This document shows positions 53,041 to 64,000 of a stretch of DNA of 64,000 nucleotides, in pieces. A model generated the notes under the pieces. The model ran no database searches. It was not told the origin of the DNA and saw only the letters and a program-made list of their open reading frames with translations. The position numbers and the translations under genes are program-made. Numbering within the stretch: the stretch's first letter is position 1; every line of letters starts with the position of its first letter. Source of the DNA: Adineta vaga (taxonomy: Eukaryota; Animalia; Rotifera); NCBI GenBank assembly GCA_021613535.1, contig CP075497.1, positions 11,532,001 through 11,596,000 of the forward strand. Direction: 5' to 3'.

Positions 53041-54521
53041 TTATCCGTCGGCTTTTGGTGCTGTATACCATCCACTTTTTTCATGTACACTTGTTATATG
53101 ACGAAATGCTTGTTGAGCACGTTGCAAGGAAAATGTTTCGTTTAAAGAATTGAAATCTATACGTGCACCTGCTTTGCACAATGTGGCTACTATTTGAAAA
53201 AGTAACGATTCGACACTATATGCAGAAGACCAACCTTGTCGAGTCAGTAATTCCATGCCTAAAATATTATTTCATATAGATTTAGAATTGAAAATATTAC
53301 GAGAAGAAATATTTACATATAGCTCCGGAATAGACATGACCACCGGTAATGATCGGTCGAATTACACGTACCTAGACAAAAGAATGAATGTTGGAATTGT
53401 TGTGGAAAGATTTTTATTAAACTTACAAATGGAGGTGCAAATGGATAATTATCATTAAAGGTGAAACTTAACAAAATATGATCTAATTTATCTAAATTTT
53501 TCTCTGAAGTTTTCATTTCTTCAAGATCAACATATAATTTACTATCTTTATCAACATGAAATAACTAAACATAAATGAAATTAGATGAAATCGTTTTCAT
53601 GAAAAGAAACTTTTTGTTTTACTTTAACATTCCATTCATAGAGACTTTCATCCACTAATTCAATGGTAAAATCTCCTTTCTTATATGCTTGTGAACGAAA
53701 TATTTCTCTTAATTCTTTCATTAATCGATCAGTTGCTTGTACGGATGATGTTAATACTGAGGATGAGGATGAGGATGCACTTTCTTTTCTTGCTGATGTA
53801 TTACTATTACTATGATTATTATTATTATTATTAGAATAGATTTTTTCATGATTTCGTTGTGCTGCTTCATTAATTCGTTTGTATTTTAATGATTGAAGTA
53901 ATTGCCAATTTTCTAAAGATATACCATCGACATCTTCAACTAATTGTTCAGTTTGTGGAAGTTTTTCATCATCATCCAATGAACATTGATCATGATCATG
54001 ATTTTGATGTTGTTCAGTTTCATCATCATCGTCATCTTCTTCTTCTTGATCAACGCCTGAATCTTCTGGTTCAATACGATTTGTTGAATTTGTTATTAAA
54101 TGACTTGGTAATAGTAAATTCGATGCATTAAAAAATGTATTTAAACGTTCAATAATTGATTCAAGTTGTAATGTAACGCTACGAGTTTCATTTGATGAAT
54201 TCGAATTTAATTCATCGAAGACTAATGTTAATTGTTCTTGTACATCATCACTATTATCACTTTCAGTATACCATAAACATTTATTTGGTACTTCAAGTAT
54301 TTTACACTGAAAAATAAACAAGAAAACATATGTTGTTGACATGAGTGATGAAGGTTGTCATTTACACAAATAGATATTGATCGTTGATTAATCGAATCAC
54401 GGTATGTACTTGTTATATCATCGACAGTAGCATTGATTATTGAAAATGGTGCATTTAAACGTTTTGGAAAATGTTGTTCTAAGACACGTAATTCTTCTTT
54501 TAGAGATTGTAGTGAACGCAT
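53041..54521 (-). CDS. UBE2Q: Ubiquitin-conjugating enzyme E2 Q (multi-exon)
   Basis: [42 protein letters not shown]|[31 protein letters not shown]. Confidence 0.95.
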
Positions 54522-55058
54522 TATCAAGAAAAATCTACGATAAAAAAGGAAATAGATAGTTAGTTGTTTGTTTTTTATATATCATCAGTTACCTACGAGT
54601 CAGTCGGCGGACGAAAGAACGAAAAATGAACAAGTACGATGTGAGGCAGAAAATCCCTGTTTCAATGACAAGTATACATATGCAATGAAAAGAGGGAGAG
54701 AGAGAAAAAAAGTCAATGTTCTCATTGGAGATTGTCTTCCTATCAATGAAATTATTATTCAAATTTCCTCATTTTTATTTTCGATTTTATCAAAGAATTT
54801 CGATAAATTTTTTCTCGAAAAAAAATTGATTTAATACAAAATAACGAAGGTTGATATAAAGAATCTCATTGGTAAATTTTTAAACCAATCAAAAATTAAT
54901 ATGCACGCGCTTGATATCATATGTTAATGTCAGCTGGTCTATCTCCATTTCGCATAAAAATAAAACGCATCATTATATTCTTATATAATTAATCGATAAA
55001 ATATGAAAAGTTTTTTTTCTCTTTTTCCACAAATCAACATAAACGTCAAACATAATCA

Positions 55059-55072
55059 TTATCACGTGATAA
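55059..55072. promoter_or_regulatory. Palindromic E-box (CLEAR-like core TCACGTGA) in the divergent UBE2Q/ATG2 promoter
   Basis: TTATCACGTGATAA is a perfect 14-bp palindrome about 105 bp upstream of the ATG2 start. Confidence 0.55.
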
Positions 55073-55176
55073 ACTTGTTGGAAGAAAATTCTCTTTTCAG
55101 ATAATGAAATGATTCATTTCACAAATTCTAATATAAATCTTCCTTTTTTTTGGTTTCAGATTCATATTTACTTCTA

Positions 55177-58100
55177 ATGCCCTGGCAATCGTTTATACCT
55201 TGGTCGAATTCTTTGAAAACACGTGCATGTCGGCAATTAATACATCATTATTTAGGTGTATTTTTTCAAGAGAAACTTTCACTTGATCAATTATCTGTGG
55301 ATTTATTTTCTGGTTGCGGACAAGTGAAAGATGTTATATTAAATTTAAATGTAACATTAGTTTCTTTTTCTTCATAAGAATCTTATCGTTCATTTTAGGC
55401 TTTGAATGAATCATTAACAAATAATAATATCCCTTTTGAAATTGTTAAAGCATATGTGGGCGAAATCAATCTATCAATTCCATGGACATCATTATTGAGT
55501 GATAATTCTCTACTTGATATCAAAGGTTTAGAAATAACTATTCGACCTAAACAAACAAATGATCAAAGTAAAAGACAAATAATAAAGATAAATAAACTGG
55601 ATTTTACTTCTTTTTTTTCTTCTAAAGACATATCCGATGGAAGTTTTGAATTATCAACCATGTTTAATAGTATGAATACAAGTATGCTTATTGCTCAAGA
55701 ATGTTTAAAAAATGAAACGGAAGAAGATACAACATATCAAGGATTAGAAACATTTGCTGCAACTATTGATTCAAGTAAGAGAATTTGTTAGGTGTTTTTT
55801 TTTAGATAATTTAATCATTATTTTGTAGTTCTTGCTCGAGTTAAAGTTGAATTAACTGATACTGTTATTCGATTGGAACATTTGATTAATAATAGTGATC
55901 AGGGTGTTGCACTTGAAATTCGTATAAAAAAGTAATTTTGAATTTGTTTTATAATAAAACTCAATCATTTCATTGGATTGATTCTGTTTAGATTCAAATA
56001 TTTTGACAGTGAAGCAACTAGTATTGATATGACAGTACCACTCGATTCGAATTCTTTGATACGTCCAACTGTATTTACAAATAAAAACTTTGAATTAAGT
56101 GGTGTAACACTTTATACGGATGAATTTTCAATTTTAAGTCATTCATCACATATGACAGATTCATCGGAACTTAATCTATCGAATCGTTTGAATGGAGTAA
56201 GAAATCAAATATAATTTGATGTAAAGAAAATTGTTTGATTTGTTTAGGAGAGTATGACATCAAGTGTTTTAACAAATAGTTCATCGTCAATAATGACAAC
56301 GACTTCAAATGGAAATACACGAATGGTTGGATATGAAACATTTGATCCTGTTTTATGCTTAACTATTTCTGGTAAACAAGATATTCGTCTTAAACTTAAA
56401 CAATCGGAACAAATCTTTGGACCAAAAGTAAACTAATCACAAATTTCATCTTGTCTTTTCTTTATTTCTTTATTTATTTGAACTAGGTTGAAATCGAAGT
56501 TCACTGTGGTTCAGTCAATTGTTTATTAACACCGAAACAATTACAATCATTAATTATACTTTTTAGTGCTTATCAAAAAGCTGGTAAGGTTTCATTTGAG
56601 TTTCTTGTTTTTGTGATAGATTATCGTTTGTTTTTAGCATTGAATTCGACAAGCGATCCTAATTTATATAATACTGCCTCTGTAAATAATCGACCAATGA
56701 CGGAAGATGATTTTAAACGTATTGAACAAAATTTAGCTGAAGAAATTCGAAAGAAAAATTGTCAAACTGGTTCACAACAGTCTGACAATGATTTTTATCA
56801 TTTTTCTGATGTCGATAACACACCTGGTACGACGAATACAACAAGAAAAAAAGCATTTCTATTCAAATCTTTCCTTTCAGATCCATCGGATTCAATGTTT
56901 TGTTCGGTCAAGGGAATGTCAACAAGTATTGATTTGGAATCATCCTATACAAGTAGTCGACCAGATTCAGCTTCGATATCAAGTAAAATCCGTTTATTTA
57001 ATTTCATTTTAACTACAACAGATTCTTTAGGTCATCGTCGTCGTTCATCACCTCATCATCGTTCAACGGCGAATCCATCACTCGTTGATAAAGCACATTT
57101 AAAAGGTAAGTTAAATTTCATTATTCTATTGAAAATTTCATCGAATTTACTTTGTTTAGAAACAACAAAACGTTTACTTGAACAAAGTCAATCAATAATT
57201 AGTACGAAATGTCGTTTACAATTCAATTTTGTATCGTTATGTTTACTTCATCGTGATATTCAAACAAGTTCAACATCATTGAAAGATTTTTCTGATAGTT
57301 ATTTTGCAAATGTAGCAACAATAAATACATCAGGAATGCTTGATGAAAAACAAATCTATGAACATCGATTGAAATATTCTCAAGCTTGTGCACAAGATCA
57401 TATTTCGTATGTTATTTCTTTTCGTCATGATATTTCAAAACAAAAAAACAATGTCTACTTTATTTAGATTAATTGGCAAACCTTTAATCATCGATTTTAC
57501 TCAACAATCAGCGGAAAATTGTCTCTGTTTGGATTTGGATATACGTTTCAGTTCGGTAGATCTATGCGAATGTTTACAACCAGAAAATACCAATATACAA
57601 CAGAAAACAAGCAATGTTAATCAACAAATGGTTTTTAATCGAGTATGTTATAATGGATGGATAAGCTTTTGATCTTTTCTTGTCTTATAGTTATTGTCAT
57701 TTATTCGTTCAAATGAAAATTCATTCGAGTCTTCATCATCTTATCAAGTTCCCTATAATGGTATTCAATCATCAATTCAAATTTCGATTACAAATTTCGA
57801 TATAAATGAAACAAAAGTATGACAACATTGAAATTTGATTGTCTCAAATAACTTTCGTTTTCTTTCTTTTTATAGAAAAAGAGATCTACCAGTGCTTTTA
57901 GTCGTCGTCTAGCAACGTTACGACCATTCAGTGATGTAAATATTCGTTTAGGAACATGTAAAATTGATTTTGATATATCCATTCTCGATCGAATCTATTC
58001 ATCAATCAATGCATGTCAAGTCAATGTAAGTCATCTATTCGTCATTCTACAAACAAATTCATTCTCATCGATTTTCTTCATAGAATTCTTCATCAACAAA

Positions 58101-61100
58101 CAAAAATTCGAATTCATCGCTTACAGTGTTATCAATTAATTCTGTCGGTTGTATTCTTAACTTACGGTATGAATATCAAATTTTGATTTGACAGCTTTTA
58201 TTAAAGTTTTCGGATTGATTTAGATTTCCAATTGCTGATTTACAACCGTTAAGTAAACGTCGACCTTGGTGGATACAAGCTGTACATAAAGAAATTTTAA
58301 CATTTGATTTAAAACAAGTTCAATTTCAATCAGATTTCGATACTGATGAAGCAAATGCATTAACAATAACCAGTGAATCAATTCAAGGTAATTGAAAATA
58401 TTTCTTTATATTGAAAATTTTCTTTTCTTTACAGTTTATTTTATGACGAGTATCGATTCTGAACGATCACATATCGCTCAATTATCATCTAGTAACGGCG
58501 AAAATATCAAGTAAATAAGATGTTCTCGATTTCGATAGGAAATAAATGTAAATTTGTTTTTTTGTTTAGATTAATTGTAAATTTAAATGATTTGAAAACA
58601 TATATAAGTAATCAATTGAATCCACTAATGACTGAGACCTTATTCGAATCAGTTTTTTGTCGTTTACCAACGAATGATAATAAACTTCCATTAAAGAATA
58701 AAAATACTTTAAATGATAATCGACAAATTCTTGAAGTAGCTGATGCTGAAACGATCAAGAAATTCATTTCATCATGTAGTCAAGAAACGAAATTAAATCT
58801 TCATATTATTATTCCATATATCTTACTTTTTATCCCAAATCAAACGTTTCTCGAAACAATTTATAATCGGTAAATAATTTAACAAAAAAATCCTTTCCGA
58901 AACGATTTGTTGTGTTTAGTTTTGTAAATAATTTATTTATGTGGGAAAGTTCAGCACCGACGACCAATGAACATTCGACTAATGTCAATCGACAATTGAT
59001 CAATTCACTTGGAAATATTTCGAATGAACAAGCATTTCAAACATGTCGATCGATTATTAATCGATTTCATAGTCATTCGTCCGACGAAGATCAAATTTTT
59101 TCCGATGAAGATGATGATGATGAACATGGCAATGTGACACCGAGAGGTTCAAAGAAAAAAGGACCACATAGTTTTGTATTAGAACTTAATATACATAATA
59201 TTCATTTAGCGGCGAATGCACCTTTAGTAAGTCAAATAAAAAAAGAACTAAGAAGTGATTCATTTCGTTTTAATTTAGGGCGAGAAAATCGCAAAAGAAT
59301 CTCGAACAACCAATTCGAATATGGGTGAATTTCGAATTGATGGACAAGGTTTAACTCTCGCAATTGTTGATGGTTATCAAGGTGATATTAATCTTCAATA
59401 TTTCTGCTTATTAAGTCATTCAGCATTAATTTATCATAATGGTACGAAGAAATTCGTATTTAATTTGATTTATTTTTACTTTTGAGTTTTAAGGTAATGT
59501 TCCAGCAATGAAATCGAATGTGCCTTTAAGTGAAGTTCTTGGTCGATCATTACCTGAATTGATTACACGTTTACCAGCAAATGCATTTCCAAAATATAAT
59601 AATAATGGTACAATGGTTCGAGCTGCCTTTGAAATTCGTACAACAGGTGATAGAATTGAAGGAAGACAGAAAATGATTCGAGGTTCATTTACCATCGAAG
59701 GAGCAATGTTACATCAAAAGATTGTACCAAAAGCTGAAAGTTGGCTTTTACAAGTGAGTTTTTATTTGATAAATTTCATCTGTAAATTTGCTTTTTTAGC
59801 TCATTGAATTATTTGATTTAACTGATGAAGAAGTTGCTGGATATATTCCATCAACTTCATTAGTTGATTGGCATTTGGAATTTCGACATTGTGCTGCTCA
59901 TTATCGGTAAAAGGGTTTTTAAAATATCGAAAATTTCGATTTCATAGTTTTCGTTTAGACCATTATATTCTGATACGAAATGTTTTGTTGCTATTGATTC
60001 ATTAACATTAACAAATACATTTGTGAAAAATAGTAAAACAACATTACTCGAGTAAGATTTCTTGTATTGATTAGATTTATTAAAACTGTCTGTTTTTCTT
60101 AGACTTAATTTAGATGATTGGGCTATTTATTTATCTAAACAAAAACGTGATCGATATCAAATTGATTTATCGAATGATTATATTTCTGTTATTAATGGTG
60201 GAGCATTTGAAATCAAATTATGTTTTAATGAAAGTACAGAAGACATGCCAATGGTAAATTTCAATTCAATCGAATTTTTCCAAAACTATTTTAATTTTAT
60301 ATAGAATGATCCGTTAGTTGATATTCGTATTGGATGTAACATGATTCATATTCGATCTTGTTCGGATTCAGCAAATGCTTTGATTGAATTGTTGAAATAT
60401 GTTATTACAGAAGGTGATCTTCAACAACAACAACAAGTACAACAGACCAATGAAATTAGTCGAAGTAGTACACCAATTGAAAGAAAACGAAGTGATCGTC
60501 CTGTTCGAATGATTAGTGATGAAACATTGAATAATGAACAATTATCGAGTGATAATGTATTTCGAATAACTGATTGAATAAGAATATGAATGTTTGTTTT
60601 TGTTTTGTTTTTATAGACGTCGAATCAAATGTTATTACTCGAAGAAGCAATGAAAGAAGATTTTCATGAACCTATGGGTAAATAATATATAAATTCTTTG
60701 TAATGAATCTTGAAGATAATTTGAATTTTAGGTACATTGAATGAATCCGGTATGGGATTGAATGATCATGGTATGACCGGTAGTCATTCATCTGATGTTG
60801 AATGTGGATCAGTATTTTCGTCATCAACTTATGGCAAAGATGATAATGATGATGGTGATGATGATGATGAAGATTCTCCTTCATCACATAGACGTCAGAC
60901 AACTTACAGTGGAGAAAATAATCGAGATTTTGAATTAATCGAACGAGAAATTGGAATGTGTCGACCGGTAGGGTTGTTTTTCGATAAATTACCAAGAAAA
61001 GATCAAACAACCTTTTTATTTTAGCCAGAAAATGGTTTATGTGAAGTACATGTATTAGGCAACACACCAATACAAATTCATGAGAATCATTTTGCTAAAC

Positions 61101-63101
61101 CATTGGAACGAAATGATATTCTTAATGCTCCAGCACATTTACCGGTTCCAACATTAAGATTTTCAATTCGACAAATATCCATTGTTTGGCATATTTATGG
61201 TGGAAGTGATTTTACTCTACCAAAACCAAGTAAATCATTTTCCTTACTTTATCTTAATACATTTATTTCGGTTTCTAGATGATAGTCATCAACAACCGGT
61301 TCAATTAAATATTAACGAATCTGTTCGATTTAGTGCAAATTCATCATCATCGTCATCTTCTACACAGTAAGTCATCTATACACGAGGAGAATTATCGATG
61401 AATATCTTTGTAGAGAAAAAGCTGGTGGTCGATTGTATAGTTCTTATGATACAACACGTTTAGCACGTCATGAACGTGGTGGTCCATGTCGAGATTTACG
61501 AACAAGTATGGAATTTTCTATTAGTAAAGCACGATGTCAATATGAAACCTACAGTGAACATGAAAAAGCTTCATCAAGATTTGTTTTTGCTATACACGAA
61601 TTTGAAATTCGTGATCGATTATTAGCAAGATCAGAAATTAATAAATTTTTATATTTACATACAACAGAAGCAGCACCAAGACGAACACATGCTGATATGG
61701 TAAGAGAGAGAATAGCGTAGATCTTTTTTGGTTCTAATCACGTTTTTCATTTAGTTGGTTGTCAAAATTTTGAATACAAAACCTGAAGGCTATTTTATGA
61801 AAGGTCCTGATGAAGAATTTGAAAATGGAATTAATCCAAATACATCATCAGAACCATTGGAATGTGAAATCAAAGTATCATTACAACCATTAAGAATCAA
61901 TATTGATCAAGTAATTAAATTAAAAATGAAAGAAATTCTTTATTTTTCTCTATTAAAAAATATTTAGGATACATTGGTGTTTATGAGAAATTTCTTTGTT
62001 AATCTAACACATCCAACCAATAATAGAGATACATCCGTTCCTATTCCAGGTAAATCCATTTCATTCAAATCTTTATAAACATCTTACATCGATTTTTACT
62101 CTGTTATAGTTGTTGATCAAAATGTTAACAATGATTATCCATCATCATCTTTAGATTCTGATCTAAGCACATCACCAACTTCACATTATGCATCTTCTCC
62201 AACATTGAACACGACATTTAGCGGCGAATCCACATCACCATCTTCATCATCAGCATCGAATTCGAATGTATTTATAAAACATTTCGTTTTTTCACCTGCT
62301 TGTCATATTCGTATTGATTATCGTGGAAAACTTCGTAATGAACAATTATTCGAAACAGGACCATTCTTGAACTTATTAATTGGTTTAGCTCAATTAGCTA
62401 AAGTTGATATTTATTTAAAACGCATTTCCTACAAACGTGGTCTATTAGGTTATGAAAAATTACTAACCTTTTTATTAAATGAATGGTTAAGTGATATACG
62501 TCCAACGGATGTTATCAAAGGTATTGTACCATTATCATCGATATCACAAATTATTGTTGGAATAAAAGATTTATTTTACTTACCAATTGATCAATATCGT
62601 CGTGATGGAAGAGTTTTACGTGGTATACAACGTGGTGCATCATCATTTACAACAAGTACAGCCTTAGCATTGATTGAACTAAGTAGTCAAGTCGTACGTT
62701 GTGCACATTTTGCTGCTCTCTTATGTTTTGAATTGGTTTCATCATCAACAATTCCACCTAATGGAACAATATCATCCTCACCATCAACTCAAGCAATTAT
62801 GGTACGAAATCATCCTCCACCTAATGATATTCGTGAAGGTGTAACGTATGCAGTTAATGTTATTCGACAAAGTTTTAATACAACATCGCATCAATTACGA
62901 ACAGAAGCACAATTAGGACGACGACGAAAAGGTGTTCTAGGTGTTGTTGGTGGTTTATTAAGACAAATGCCATCCGTAGCTATACAACCGATTGTCACAA
63001 CAACAAAAGCAGCTGAAAATTTTCTTGTTGGTGTTCGAAATCAAATCGATCGAGATGAAAGAAATGATGATAAAGAAAAATATCGAAGTGAACATAATTA
63101 A
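55177..63101 (+). CDS. ATG2: Autophagy-related lipid-transfer protein ATG2 (many exons)
   Basis: KTRACRQLIHHYLGVFFQEKLSLDQLSVDL, INLSIPWTSLL, GLETFAATIDS, IHIRSCSDSANAL, EIRDRL..INKFLY, SLQPLRINIDQD, IRIDYRGK, GRVLRGIQRGASSF, PNDIREGV, GVRNQI. Confidence 0.96.
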
Positions 63102-64000
63102 AATGAACTGACTAACAAAAAATGCTATTTTATGTTTCGTTTTTCTCTTCTTCTTCTTCTTTTGATAAACTCGTGTCTGTTGTGTGTATCATTCTTCTTT
63201 TTTTCACGCCTTTCTTCTTTTTTGTATATTACTCTTTTGGCAATGTGTGTTTGTAAAGACTTTTTCTCTCTTCTTCTTTGATAAAAAAAGAACGAACGAA
63301 AACTTTAAGTATAAGAAGAAATTCATGAAATCGAATTTGATATTGATTATCCAATCATTTTCTTTGACTTTATTGTTTCGGTTAAAATCTCTGAAAAGAT
63401 ATATATATGTATATTTGAAAACTATCATTTTCTCATCATGAATACATGTATCGTTTTTCTATTCATTGAAAAGAATCGTCGAAGCAAAGAGGTGTAATTG
63501 TTTCTTCACTTATTCAGTCTGTCTGATATCATTATCGAGCGTGTTCCGTTTTTTCTTTCTATTCAATTCCAATGAGACTACCTGTTGTGAGAAAGAGAGT
63601 CTTTATACATTCATTCTTTATATACATATAATGAGCATCGACATGTATATTGTCATCAATGGTAAAATGATAAAATAGCATTAAAGACGATTGTATATAT
63701 TCTAATGATCAAATAATGATTGTGATAACCTGTTTTTTTCAATTCATCGATGGAATGTCATATCACTTCATTGCTAGATGAATATATGTTCTGCTTTTCA
63801 TTCTCTTCTTTCTTATATGAGAGAATGACGATGCTGATGATGGCCATTAGTCAAACGATTCGTCGTCGATGGCACCCGGGTATCGATTGTTCCATTCTCT
63901 CTTTCTTTCTTTCTCTCTCTCTCTTCTACCTGGTCATTAAATATTTCGGGCGGCAGATAAACGGCGACATTCTCAACACCCATGTCTTTATGATCTATTA

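Noticed and set aside
63830-63990. GC-richer, partly palindromic segment at the window end (possible RNA hairpin)
   Set aside because: The stem is short and imperfect and the context is truncated.

Overview
Gene-dense, very AT-rich eukaryotic (metazoan) DNA with many tiny (about 50-60 nt) GT-AG introns. The mix of conserved animal genes and foreign-looking genes (AmtB/Mep-type ammonium transporter, PMP3 proteolipids, intronless PhyH-type dioxygenase, intronless GNAT) most resembles a bdelloid rotifer, but that is an inference. I rebuilt about 24 spliced genes by hand: Amt (plus a decayed paralog), a secreted Cys-rich orphan, KRR1, SMARCC/Moira, ABCB7, EEF1AKMT1, MLF-like, two PMP3, an SH2 adaptor, CtIP, SMIM30, CHMP3, a degenerate macrodomain protein, GNAT, KChIP, two Orai, PhyH-like, FGF8-like, XPF, beta4GalNAcT, UBE2Q and ATG2. 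Two observations stand out. (1) The SMARCC (BAF core subunit) gene has three phase-compatible candidate last exons, one encoding a ZEB/Zfh1-type C2H2 zinc-finger pair with no evident start of its own, predicting a SWI/SNF scaffold isoform with a built-in DNA-binding domain. (2) Two tandem Orai paralogs both reverse the charge of the basic inner pore (human K87 and R91 become Glu) and sit head-to-head with a KChIP whose EF-hand loops are degenerate. All gene models come from manual translation and recalled family motifs; no searches were run.
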